Part shown: piece by piece, positions 30,862 to 40,414 of the stretch
Layout of the letters: every line of letters begins with the position of its first letter
Position numbering within the stretch: the stretch's first letter is position 1
DNA from: Candidatus Latescibacterota bacterium
Lineage (GTDB): Bacteria > Latescibacterota > UBA2968 > UBA8231
Direction: 5' to 3'
DNA length: 64,000 nt
NCBI GenBank assembly: GCA_965208105.1
Contig: OZ242318.1
Location: forward strand, 4,480,001-4,544,000
Made by a program: the position numbers and the translations under genes
Notes under the pieces: generated by a model
What the model saw: the letters and a program-made list of their open reading frames with translations, nothing else
Database searches by the model: none
Told to the model about the DNA's origin: nothing

Positions 30862-32295
30862 ATGATCTTCGACGATTACGAACTCGATCCCGCCATCTTC
30901 GACGAGATGTTCCTGCCGGACGGAGCCCCCCGCGAGCATTGCCTGGGAGTTTACGAAGCCCTCGTACGGCTCTCTGGTGAAGACCTGGCCAACATCCAGG
31001 ATCGCGTGACCCGCTCCTTTTCCAACGAGGGAATCACCTTCACGGTTTACGGCGACGAAGAAGCCGACGAGCGCATCATTCCCATAGACTGCCTGCCCCG
31101 GGTAATGGCAAGGGGAGAATGGCTGCACCTCGAGGCCGGGCTCACCCAGCGTCTCAAGGCCCTCAACCGTTTCCTGGAGGATGTCTACAACGAGGCCCGC
31201 ATTGTCGAGGACGGCGTGATCCCCGTGGAGGTGGTGCGCGGCTGTCCCCAGTACCGCACCGAGATGCGCGGCTTCTCCATACCCCACGGGACCTGGGTGG
31301 CCATCTGCGGCACCGACCTGGTGAGGACGGGCGACGGCTTCTCCGTGCTCGAGGACAACCTCAGGGTGCCTTCCGGCGTATCCTACATGCTCGCCAACCG
31401 CAAGGCGGCCAAGGCCAGCCTGCGCCGCCTGTACCGCGAATCGCGGGTGAAGGAGGTTGAACACTATGGGAAGGTGCTGCTGCAAACCCTGCGGGAGCTG
31501 GCTCCAAAGGGGCGCTCGAATCCGACCATCGTCCTCTTGACTCCCGGGGTCTACAACTCCGCCTTCTACGAGCACATTTTCCTCGCGCGAGAACTTGGCG
31601 TCGAGCTGGTGGAGGGACGCGACCTTCTGGTCAACGACGGATTCGTCTACATGCGCACCACTTCGGGCCTGCGCCGCGTCGACGTAGTCTACAGGCGGGT
31701 GGACGACGACTTCATCGACCCCCTCGTCTTCCGCTCGGATTCTCTCCTGGGGGTGCCGGGGTTGATGCACGCCTACAGGCTGGGCAACGTGAACCTGGTC
31801 AACGCGCCGGGAACGGGGGTCGCCGACGACAAGAGCGTCTACGCCTACGTGCCGGACATGATCCGCTACTACCTGGCTGAAGAGCCCATTCTCGGAAATG
31901 TCGAAACCCGTCTCTGCCGCCGGCCCGAGGACCTGGAATACACCCTTGACAACCTGCAGGACCTGGTGGTCAAGCGCGTCGGCGAGTCCGGAGGCTACGG
32001 GATGCTGATCGGACCCCACTCGACCTCCGAGGAGCGCGAGGAGTACGCCAGGCAGGTGCGCGCCAACCCCGCAGACTTCATCTCCCAGCCGGTCCTCGCC
32101 CTGTCCCGTTCTCCCTGTCTCATCGACGGCCGCTTCGAGCCCCGCCACGTGGACCTGCGGCCCTTCGTCCTTCATGGCAGCAAAACCCGCATCGTGCCCG
32201 GGGCCTTCTGCCGCGTAGCCCTGCGCCGGGGCAGCCTGGTGGTGAACTCCAGCCAGGGCGGCGGCGGCAAGGACTTCTGGGTATTGGAGGATTGA
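30862..32295 (+). CDS. Circularly permuted type 2 ATP-grasp protein
   Basis: GITFTVY, VLEDNLRVPSGVSY, YRRVDDDFIDP, HVDLRPF, VVNSSQGGGGKD. Confidence 0.93.
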   Translation: MIFDDYELDPAIFDEMFLPDGAPREHCLGVYEALVRLSGEDLANIQDRVTRSFSNEGITFTVYGDEEADERIIPIDCLPRVMARGEWLHLEAGLTQRLKALNRFLEDVYNEARIVEDGVIPVEVVRGCPQYRTEMRGFSIPHGTWVAICGTDLVRTGDGFSVLEDNLRVPSGVSYMLANRKAAKASLRRLYRESRVKEVEHYGKVLLQTLRELAPKGRSNPTIVLLTPGVYNSAFYEHIFLARELGVELVEGRDLLVNDGFVYMRTTSGLRRVDVVYRRVDDDFIDPLVFRSDSLLGVPGLMHAYRLGNVNLVNAPGTGVADDKSVYAYVPDMIRYYLAEEPILGNVETRLCRRPEDLEYTLDNLQDLVVKRVGESGGYGMLIGPHSTSEEREEYARQVRANPADFISQPVLALSRSPCLIDGRFEPRHVDLRPFVLHGSKTRIVPGAFCRVALRRGSLVVNSSQGGGGKDFWVLED

Positions 32296-33266
32296 CCGCA
32301 ATGCTCTCGCGCAGCGCTCAGGGTCTCTATTGGATCGGCCGCTACCTGGAGCGGTCAGCGCACCTGTGCCACCTGCTGCGATTGCAGGCCGAAGCTCTGG
32401 TGGACCGCCCCGTCAGGGAGATCTACTTCGGCTGGAAGCGGCTCTACGGCAGCATGAACCGGCAGCCTCCGTTCGGCAGCATCGAGCTGGACAGCGAGAA
32501 TTACACCCTGGCCGACTCCTACACCCTGGCCGGGGACCTCACCTTCGAACGCTCGAATCCCGACTCCTTATGGAGCTGTCTGGCCCTCGGCCGCGAGAAC
32601 GCGCGGCAGGTGCGCCACTGCATCAGCGCGGAGATGTGGATCCGTCTCAATCTCACGTACCTGCGCGTCCAGAAGCTGGATATCGAGACCATCTGGAAGA
32701 CCTCCCCCGACAGCTTCTATGCCGAAACGGCTGCCGAGATCGCCACCTTCGCCGGGGTGGCCGAGTCCACCATGTACCACGACGACGGCTGGAGCTTCAT
32801 GCAGTTCGGGCGCCTCATCGAACGAGCCCAGCTCGCCCTTGCACTATTCCTCTTCCAGCTCTCCGCCACTCGCGGTCCGAACGGGGCTTCCGACGCCGAC
32901 TGGACCACGCTGCTGCGCGCTTACCATGCCTTCGAGGCCTACAGCGGCCGATTCAGCGGCGAGGTGCAGCCCGGCCAGGTGCTGGACCTGCTGGTCACCG
33001 ATCCGCTGCTGCCAGGTTCCCTGTGCCGCTCTCTCGATATGGCGGCGGCGACTCTCGCCGCCATCGCTCCCGGGGCGGACGCCCATTCCAGCGCCGGAGC
33101 GCGGAGATTGGCGGGGCGCCTGTGCGCCATGGTCCATTATGACTGGCCCGACAGCGAGGACCACCACCAGTTTCTTGACAAGGTGGGTCAGTACTGCCGG
33201 GAGTTGCACCAGGTGGTAACCTCAGCCTATTTCGATTACTCCATCGAAGACGTCCCGCCGCGCTGA
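32292..33266 (+). CDS. Alpha-E domain protein
   Basis: MLSRSA-LYWIGRYLER, RENARQVR, GRLIERA (ER motifs). Confidence 0.9.
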   Translation: MTAMLSRSAQGLYWIGRYLERSAHLCHLLRLQAEALVDRPVREIYFGWKRLYGSMNRQPPFGSIELDSENYTLADSYTLAGDLTFERSNPDSLWSCLALGRENARQVRHCISAEMWIRLNLTYLRVQKLDIETIWKTSPDSFYAETAAEIATFAGVAESTMYHDDGWSFMQFGRLIERAQLALALFLFQLSATRGPNGASDADWTTLLRAYHAFEAYSGRFSGEVQPGQVLDLLVTDPLLPGSLCRSLDMAAATLAAIAPGADAHSSAGARRLAGRLCAMVHYDWPDSEDHHQFLDKVGQYCRELHQVVTSAYFDYSIEDVPPR

Positions 33267-33270
33267 CCTG

Positions 33271-34167
33271 ATGCCCGCCAGGACGCGCTACGAGATCGAG
33301 CACATCTCCCGCTACGTCTACCCATCGCAGGTCCGGCATTGCGTTATGGCCCTTTGCATGAGACCGCTCGAGGACGGGGGCCAGCGCCTCATAAACTTCG
33401 AAATCGCCACCAGTCCACCGGCCTCTCTGAACGGCGAAACGGACAGCTTCGGCAACACCAAACACGTCCTCAACATTCACCGCCGGCACCAGGCCCTGGA
33501 GATCGCCGCCAGGTCCTGCGTGGAGACCGCCGTCCCCGTTGCTCTCCCTGGTTCGTTGGGACCCGGAGCCTGGGAAGAGATGGCATCGTGGAAGAACTCG
33601 TTTCTACACTGGGACTTCACCCACCCGAGCTTCTTCGCCCGGCCCTGTCCCGCCCTGCGGACTTTCGTGGAGCGCCTGGAAATAAGGCCGTCCGACGACC
33701 CGCTGGATTCCTTGCTGCGGCTTTCGGACCTTCTCCACCACAGCTTCGACTACGTGCCCGGCAGCACCTCCGCCGTTTCTCCCATCGACCACATTCTGGA
33801 GAGAGGCCAGGGCGTCTGCCAGGACTACGCCCACGTCATGATCGCCATCGCCCGTACCTGGGGGGTTCCCTCGCGCTACGTTTCAGGCTTCATGTTCCCG
33901 GACGCCGAGTCCGGAGAGGCGCCGGATTCGGCCACCCACGCCTGGGTCGAATGCCTCCTGCCCGAGTTGGGCTGGACCAGCTTCGACCCCACCAACCGCA
34001 GTCTTCCCGACCAGGGCCACGTGCGCGTCGCCGTGGGCCGCGACTACAGGGACGTGTCTCCTACCCGGGGCATTCTGTTGGGAGAGGGAGGGAGTTCCCT
34101 GGAGGTCAGGGTGCGCATGCGCGCGGTGACTGGATCAGGTGAGCCGGCCGAACTGCCCGTGACCTAG
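33271..34167 (+). CDS. Transglutaminase-like protein
   Basis: GVCQDYAH, HAWVE, FDPTN catalytic triad; GRDYRDVSP. Confidence 0.92.
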   Translation: MPARTRYEIEHISRYVYPSQVRHCVMALCMRPLEDGGQRLINFEIATSPPASLNGETDSFGNTKHVLNIHRRHQALEIAARSCVETAVPVALPGSLGPGAWEEMASWKNSFLHWDFTHPSFFARPCPALRTFVERLEIRPSDDPLDSLLRLSDLLHHSFDYVPGSTSAVSPIDHILERGQGVCQDYAHVMIAIARTWGVPSRYVSGFMFPDAESGEAPDSATHAWVECLLPELGWTSFDPTNRSLPDQGHVRVAVGRDYRDVSPTRGILLGEGGSSLEVRVRMRAVTGSGEPAELPVT

Positions 34168-34209
34168 GCCCCGTTATCGAATGGGAATCGGGTATTCGCG
34201 GAGGGGGTA

Positions 34210-35274
34210 TTATCCGCTGCCGGCGAAAACCCCTGTGCCCGTCAGGGTCTTGACGGTGATGACGAGGCCGACGGCGATGATGACCATGGCGCTCACCGCC
34301 GGCAGGCGCTGAATCCACTTGCCGTCGCCCGAGAACCTTTCCACCAGAGGTCTCGCCTTGACGATGAGTATGCCGATGGCGATGAGTACCGCCGCCAGGC
34401 CCACGCTGAAAGCCACCAGCAGCACCAGACCGAAGGCAATCCGCTGCAGGGCCACAGCGAGCAACAGGATCACCAGGGCACCCGTACATGGCACGATCCC
34501 GCCGGTTATGCCCAGGGTAAGCAGGCTGCCGAGGGTTACCTTGCCGGGTATCTCATGGCTGTGGCCGTGGTGGTGATCTCCATGGCTGTGATCGTGGCCC
34601 CCGTGATGGTGTCCTTCATGGGAGTGATCATGGTCTCCATGGTGGTTCTTATCTCCATGGCCGTGATCGTGGTTCCCGTGGTCATGCTTCTCCTCATGAC
34701 CGTGGCCGTGGTGCTCTCCATGGCCGTGCGCGTGGCCATGGCCTTTTCCCTTGAGGTGGTTGGCCAGGAGCCAGCCGCCCAGGCCCATGATCAGCAGCCC
34801 GGAGCCTGTGCCGAGCCAGGGAATGATCTGTTCGGGAAGGATGTAGTGGGACGCGAAGAGGGCAACCAGGCCCAGAAGGATGACGCTGGTGGTGTGGGTC
34901 GTGGCGACGATCCCGCCGAGGAAGAGGGCGTTGCCCACCGTACCCCGGGTGCCGACGAGGTAGGCGGCGACGATGGTTTTGCCGTGCCCCGGTTCCAGCC
35001 CGTGGGCGGCGCCGAGGAACAGGGCGAGGGCGAGGGCCGCGGCGATCAAACCTGCGCTCAGCTCTTCGGAGCGCAGCATGTCGCTGAGTACGTCCGTTTC
35101 CCCGTCTGCGGCCGTCACCGCGGTTCCCGCGTCATGGCCCTGGGCGGAGTCTTCCGCCGCCCGGGTGTGGGCGGGTTCCGGAATGGTCAGCGGCCCGGTG
35201 TCTTCGTGGCTCCAGGCCTGGACAGCGACCAGCAATGCGGCGAAAAGGCAGGTGAAAATTGGTTCCAGGCGCAT
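34210..35274 (-). CDS. His-rich nickel/cobalt transporter (RcnA/NicO-like)
   Basis: GAAHGLEPGHGKT, long HxHG-rich loop, GIVPC. Confidence 0.88.
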   Translation of the reverse strand: MRLEPIFTCLFAALLVAVQAWSHEDTGPLTIPEPAHTRAAEDSAQGHDAGTAVTAADGETDVLSDMLRSEELSAGLIAAALALALFLGAAHGLEPGHGKTIVAAYLVGTRGTVGNALFLGGIVATTHTTSVILLGLVALFASHYILPEQIIPWLGTGSGLLIMGLGGWLLANHLKGKGHGHAHGHGEHHGHGHEEKHDHGNHDHGHGDKNHHGDHDHSHEGHHHGGHDHSHGDHHHGHSHEIPGKVTLGSLLTLGITGGIVPCTGALVILLLAVALQRIAFGLVLLVAFSVGLAAVLIAIGILIVKARPLVERFSGDGKWIQRLPAVSAMVIIAVGLVITVKTLTGTGVFAGSG

Positions 35275-35295
35275 TTAATTCTCCATCGTCGGTGC

Positions 35296-36069
35296 TCACC
35301 CCCTGGGCACCACGAGGGCGCGGTCGCCGTAGGGGATGGAGTCCATCCCGGTTTCGTAGATCCGCTCCAGAAAATCCCGGTCCCACGGGCGCTCGGCTGC
35401 TGGCAGCCGCTCCACGGCGCCATCCTTGAGGAAGACGAAGTGGTCTCCATAGAGGAAAGCGCTGTTTGGATCGTGCAGGACGGCGAGGACGGTGAGATCG
35501 GCGTCGACCAGCTCGCGGATCAGCTGCAGCAGGTGGGCCTGGTTGAGGAAGTCGAGGTGCGAGCTGGGCTCGTCGAGGAGGATCAGGCGTGGTTGCTGGG
35601 CCAGGACCCTGGCGATGCGGACAAGCTGCTGTTCACCCCCCGACAGCTCGGTAAAGGGCCGCTCCTTCAGATGGAGGATGCCCACCCGCTCCAGGCATTC
35701 GATGCCCACGGCCACGTCCTCCGGCGTGGGCACCCAGGTGATGTAGCTGGCACGGCCGGTGAGGACTACGTCCTCCACCGAAAAGGGGAAAACCGGCCTG
35801 TGGTGCTGGGGAAGGTAGCCCAGGACGCGGGCACGCCCCCGGGAGGAGAAGGAGCGGATTTCCTCCCCCATCATCAGCACCTCGCCTCGATCGAAGTCGA
35901 GGAGACCTGCGAGTATGCGCATGAGGGTGGACTTCCCGCTGCCGTTTTTGCCGAGCAGGACGGTGAACTGCCCCGCAGGGATCTCCAGCGATACCCGGTT
36001 GAGGATCGGCATTCCGTCGTAGGCGAAGGAGAGATCCTTGACCTCGATGGCCGCTTCTAGCTTTCCCAT
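35296..36069 (-). CDS. ABC transporter ATPase (iron-chelate/cobalamin type)
   Basis: GKNGSGKST, LSGGEQQ, LLDEPSSHLD. Confidence 0.92.
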   Translation of the reverse strand: MGKLEAAIEVKDLSFAYDGMPILNRVSLEIPAGQFTVLLGKNGSGKSTLMRILAGLLDFDRGEVLMMGEEIRSFSSRGRARVLGYLPQHHRPVFPFSVEDVVLTGRASYITWVPTPEDVAVGIECLERVGILHLKERPFTELSGGEQQLVRIARVLAQQPRLILLDEPSSHLDFLNQAHLLQLIRELVDADLTVLAVLHDPNSAFLYGDHFVFLKDGAVERLPAAERPWDRDFLERIYETGMDSIPYGDRALVVPRG

Positions 36070-37064
36070 CCAATCCGCGCTTTCTTGAGGAGGAAGATGA
36101 AGAACGGTCCTCCGAGCAGCGTAGTAAAGACCCCGACAGGGATTTCGAAGGCCGCCAGGGTGCGCGAGCAGGTGTCCACCATAAGCAGGAAGGCCCCGCC
36201 GAAGGCGAAGGAGGCCGGCAGGGTGTGGCGGTTGTCCGGCCCCAGCAGCATGCGCACCATGTGCGGAACCGCCAGGCCGATCATGCCGATGACCCCGGCC
36301 ACGGCGATGGCCGCCGAGGCGGCCAGGGTTGCCGGAATGAGCACCAGCACCCGCTCCCGCTCCGGGTTGAGGCCCACGGCGCGGGCTTCCTCGTCGCCCT
36401 GGGCAAGCACGTTCATGCGCCAGCGAAACAGGAAGAGCCACACCACCCCGATGCCCACACCCGGGGCGGCGGAACGCAGCTTCGCCCAGCTCGAGTTGTG
36501 CAGGTTGCCCATGGTCCAGTGGACGATGGTCTGCAGCTTGTAGGGGTCGGTGAGAAACTGGACGATGGTCAAAAGGGCGGTGAAGATCCCGGTGACGATC
36601 ACCCCCGAGAGTATGAGGGATACCACCGACACGGTCTTCCGCGTGCGGGCGAGGAAGTAGGCGAGGGCTACCGCGAAAAGGGCGAAGCCGAAGGCGGTCG
36701 GCTGCACGGGCAGCAAGGGAATGGTCAGGGCAAGGGCGGCGCCGAAGGCGGCTCCCGAGGAGAGGCCGAGGATGTAGGGAGCCACGAGGGGGTTGCGGAA
36801 CAGGGCCTGCAGGGCGTTTCCGGAGGCGGCCAGGGCCCCGCCAACCAGGAAGGTGAGGAGGATGCGCGGCATACGCACCTCCCAGACGATGGTGCCGATC
36901 AGCGCCTCTTCGGGTCCGGCGGCGGTCTCCCGGAAGAGCAGGCCGTGGAGCCAGACGAGGATTTTTCCCGCCTCGGCGCTGGCAGAGGGTCCCAGCAGAA
37001 GGGAGACGAAGAGTACCGGAAGCGGCAGTGCGTAGAGGACGCGCCGGCGCAGGACGATGTTCAC
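36057..37064 (-). CDS. FecCD/BtuC family ABC permease
   Basis: RMPRIL, QALFRNPL, GLSSGA, EIPVGVFT. Confidence 0.92.
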   Translation of the reverse strand: MNIVLRRRVLYALPLPVLFVSLLLGPSASAEAGKILVWLHGLLFRETAAGPEEALIGTIVWEVRMPRILLTFLVGGALAASGNALQALFRNPLVAPYILGLSSGAAFGAALALTIPLLPVQPTAFGFALFAVALAYFLARTRKTVSVVSLILSGVIVTGIFTALLTIVQFLTDPYKLQTIVHWTMGNLHNSSWAKLRSAAPGVGIGVVWLFLFRWRMNVLAQGDEEARAVGLNPERERVLVLIPATLAASAAIAVAGVIGMIGLAVPHMVRMLLGPDNRHTLPASFAFGGAFLLMVDTCSRTLAAFEIPVGVFTTLLGGPFFIFLLKKARIGWES

Positions 37065-38101
37065 TGGCGCTCTCCCCTGCCGGAATCGAGGGGCGGCAGG
37101 TCCCCCAGCCTGCCGGCGTAGAGCTTGTTCAGCAGGCTGCGGCGCAGCTCCTCGGGGTCTCCGGCGGAAAAGCGGTCGGGATGACACCAGCGGGCGACGA
37201 GATCCACGGTGAAGATGTACTTGAGGGTCCAGAAATCGCAGGAAAAGGGATCGGGAAGCTCGTGGACGAGACCGTTGCGCACCGCGGCGAGGGAGCGCCA
37301 GCCGGACAGCTCCCCGATGTCCTCGGGGTCGAGCCGGTCGTTGCACCACATGACGATCAGCTCGGGGTTCCAGACGAGAACGTTCTCCAAATTGACCACG
37401 AGATGCTCCAGGTCGCTGCCGCCCGCCGCGTTGGCGCCGCCGGCCAGGTCGATAAGCTCCTGCACGGTGCTGTTGCGGCCAGCGGTTACCAGGGGTCCCT
37501 GGGCCCACATGAAGTAGACCCGCGGCGGCGCGCGGGCCTCCACGCCGGGTGAGACCTTGAGCCGCACCGCTTCCAGCTCCTTCCGCGCCAGTTCGAGGAG
37601 CTCGGAAGCCCGTTCGCCCGTACCCGTGAGCTCGCCCAGGGCGGCGATCTCACGGTGGATATCCTCGAAGCGGTCGATGAAGACCCCGAAGACGGGGATC
37701 CCCTTCTCCTCCAGGGCGGCAATGGACTCTTCCTGGCCCGACCAGACGATGACCAGGTCCGGCTGCAGTGCCACCATGCTCTCGATGTTGACGAAATCCC
37801 AGTTGCCCGGCGTCGGCAGAGTGCGGTCGCGGATGCGCTCGTCCATGGCCGCGTAGTAGGGGTAGACGCTGCCTTCGTAGACGTTGGTGGAAATCCCCAC
37901 CAGACGGGAGTCCGCGCCCAGCATGTAGAGACCGCTGAGGGCGCTTTCGAGGAGGCAGATGATGCGCTCGGCCGGCTTGTCCAGCTCGATGCGCCGCCCG
38001 CGGAAGTCGGTGGCGGCCACACCTTCGGCGAGGACCGGACCGGCGGCGAGGAGCAGGGCGAAGAGATGCGGGAGAAGGATCGATATCCGCTGGCGCTCCA
38101 C
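37061..38101 (-). CDS. Periplasmic binding protein (BtuF/FhuD type); start could be 38155
   Basis: TDFRGRRI, NIESMVALQPDLVI, WRSLAAVRNG. Confidence 0.88.
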   Translation of the reverse strand: MERQRISILLPHLFALLLAAGPVLAEGVAATDFRGRRIELDKPAERIICLLESALSGLYMLGADSRLVGISTNVYEGSVYPYYAAMDERIRDRTLPTPGNWDFVNIESMVALQPDLVIVWSGQEESIAALEEKGIPVFGVFIDRFEDIHREIAALGELTGTGERASELLELARKELEAVRLKVSPGVEARAPPRVYFMWAQGPLVTAGRNSTVQELIDLAGGANAAGGSDLEHLVVNLENVLVWNPELIVMWCNDRLDPEDIGELSGWRSLAAVRNGLVHELPDPFSCDFWTLKYIFTVDLVARWCHPDRFSAGDPEELRRSLLNKLYAGRLGDLPPLDSGRGERQ

Positions 38102-38158
38102 GGCAGCCGCTCCCGGGGGAGGGGCCGCCGTGGAGCTGCAAACTGCAGCGGGCATCGA

Positions 38159-40174
38159 CTAGAAGCTGACCATCAGACCGGCGTTGGCGGAGAAGCCGGT
38201 GTCCTGAAACTGCCACGGCATCTCGAAGGTCTGGTTGGTCAGGTTGTACGGTTCGAGGAAGAGGGTCAGATCGTAGCCGTCCATGGTGTTGACCCCGTAA
38301 TTGATGCGGGCGTTCACCAGGGTGTAGCCGTCGAGGGGATCGGAGTCCTTGTTGATGTCCTGGTAGATCCCGGTGTAGTTCTGCGCGGTGATCGTCGCCC
38401 TCAGCCCTTGCGCAAGGGTCAGGTGGACCCCGGCGACGATGGCGCGATCGGGCACGAAGTTGATCTTGGCGCCTTCCTTCTGTGGTTCCTCCTGATTCTC
38501 GGTGACTTCTGCGTTGGTGAAGGTGAGGTTGGCGAACCACTCCACCTTGTCGCTGAGGCGGTGGGTGACCTCCAGCTCCGCGCCGTTTGTCGTGGTCTTG
38601 CCGGCGTTGATGTCCTGGGACTGGGCGGGGTCATTGGCCGCCACCGGCACCACCCGCTGCACGATCTGGTCGGTCAGGGCGATGTTGAAGCCGCGCACTC
38701 CGACCTGGACTCCTTCCATGGGCCGGTAGTTCGCCCCCACGTCGATGCTCATCCCCGACTCGGGCGTGATGTCCGGGTTGGGCAGATGGCCGCCCTTGCC
38801 GTCCGGCGGCACGGTGCCGCCAACCGACTTGAGGGAGGGAGCCTTGAAGCTGGTTCCCATGTTGGCGTAGACGGACAGGTCGTCACTCTGATTGTAGCGC
38901 GCCCCGGCGCTGTAGAGGAGCTTTGTCCAGGAGTTGCTGTCCTCGTTCGGCGTCATTCCCTGCAACAGCTCGATGTCGTGGGCGATGCTGGTGAAGCGCG
39001 CCCCGGCTCGCAGGATGAGGGAGTTCATGCGGAACTCCTCCTGGGCGTAGAGGCCGAGGGCGGTGGCGGTGGCGTCGTTGCCGGGGCTGACCTCGCCGGT
39101 CTCACGCTGTGTGGCGTAGGAGGCGAGCTGGTAGTCGGCGCCCACGGTGAGCACGTCCGACTCGCGGGTGATGATCGAGACAGAGAGATCGGCTGGAATG
39201 ACCGACTGGTCGACGCCGTCCTCTGAGCGCAGCTCGCGGCTCTTTGGATCCTCCCAGATGCCGTCCTCCTCCCAGCGGCGCACGTAGTCGCGGTAGCCGA
39301 CCTTGGCGTTGGCGGTCATGCGGTCGGAGATGGGCTTGGTGTAGCCGGCGTTCAGGGTGGTGTAGGTGTGGGCGAAGTCGCGGTTGATGCGGCCGGAGTC
39401 GCCGGTGTGCCAGGTGCGGTGGGCGTAGAGGGAGGCCCGCTGGCCGCTGTCGTCGAGGAAGTAGGTCCCCCGCATGTACATCTTGGTCTTCTCGTACTCG
39501 GGGTTGTCGTCCATCTGCAGCCAGGAGCCTTCGGTGCCGTAGTCGGTATAGTCCGAGTCCTCGTGGTGGCCGCCGAAGAAGAGATGCAGGTTGCCGGCGG
39601 CGCGCTGGTGGAAGAAACGGCCCCCGATCGTGCTGTAGGAGCCGTAGTAGGCCGAGGCGTTGGTCCGCGTCTCGCCTACGCGCTCCTTGAGGATGAAGTT
39701 GGCGGTTCCGGCCAGCGGCGACTGGTTGCCGGCGAAGTCCATGGCCAGGTAGGTCGGATAGAGAACCGAGGCGGAGCCGCGCTGGTCCTCGACCCGCTGG
39801 AAGGCCCAGGAGTCCAGGCTCTGAAGATCGACGAATGAGTCGATGGGCAGGCCGTCGAGCATGTATCCCTTGTAGGTGTGCGCCAAGCCCCCGGAGGAAC
39901 CCCAGTTTGCATCGTTGCGGGACAGCACGTTGGCGAAGTTGCCCGGGGTGTAGGAGAGCATTTCCGCCAGGTTGCCGTTGCCCAGAACCAGAGAACTCAT
40001 CTCATCGGCTGTGATGATGGAGATTTTCTGGGTCACGTTCCCCGGCGTCTGCGGCAGCTTGGAGCCGGTGACGATGACCTCCTCCATCTCGGGGACGTCG
40101 GCCTCGTGGTCACCCGCAAAAGCGGAGCCGACGCCGAGACAGAGGACCAGCCAAAGGTGAACAAGTTGCTTCAT
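38159..40174 (-). CDS. TonB-dependent receptor
   Basis: Signal peptide, EEVIVTG TonB box, plug domain, NPDITPE, terminal Phe. Confidence 0.9.
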   Translation of the reverse strand: MKQLVHLWLVLCLGVGSAFAGDHEADVPEMEEVIVTGSKLPQTPGNVTQKISIITADEMSSLVLGNGNLAEMLSYTPGNFANVLSRNDANWGSSGGLAHTYKGYMLDGLPIDSFVDLQSLDSWAFQRVEDQRGSASVLYPTYLAMDFAGNQSPLAGTANFILKERVGETRTNASAYYGSYSTIGGRFFHQRAAGNLHLFFGGHHEDSDYTDYGTEGSWLQMDDNPEYEKTKMYMRGTYFLDDSGQRASLYAHRTWHTGDSGRINRDFAHTYTTLNAGYTKPISDRMTANAKVGYRDYVRRWEEDGIWEDPKSRELRSEDGVDQSVIPADLSVSIITRESDVLTVGADYQLASYATQRETGEVSPGNDATATALGLYAQEEFRMNSLILRAGARFTSIAHDIELLQGMTPNEDSNSWTKLLYSAGARYNQSDDLSVYANMGTSFKAPSLKSVGGTVPPDGKGGHLPNPDITPESGMSIDVGANYRPMEGVQVGVRGFNIALTDQIVQRVVPVAANDPAQSQDINAGKTTTNGAELEVTHRLSDKVEWFANLTFTNAEVTENQEEPQKEGAKINFVPDRAIVAGVHLTLAQGLRATITAQNYTGIYQDINKDSDPLDGYTLVNARINYGVNTMDGYDLTLFLEPYNLTNQTFEMPWQFQDTGFSANAGLMVSF

Positions 40175-40414
40175 GAATGCCTCCTTGTGAAGTGGCGCGA
40201 GCCACTTGGTGAATGCACGCCTGGATGGCCGGCACCTTGCTGGTAGCCGTGGTCCAGACATAGATTTGTGCCTCGATTTACAATTTTGTAGTGGTAATCG
40301 GGAACAATATCAATTTTGTTTCTTTGTTATAAAATACCAAATCTGCCCAAGATATGCCATAGTAAATTGGCGGAATACCCAAATATTGTGGCGACTGCGG
40401 GAAAGGAGAGGTAG

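Noticed and set aside
34555-34745. Tandem DNA repeats (catggccgtg/gtgatc)
   Set aside because: Fully explained by the His-rich coding loop of the Ni/Co transporter
40175-40400. Cobalamin or NiCo riboswitch upstream of the TonB receptor
   Set aside because: Neither B12-box core motifs nor the NiCo four-way junction consensus is visible
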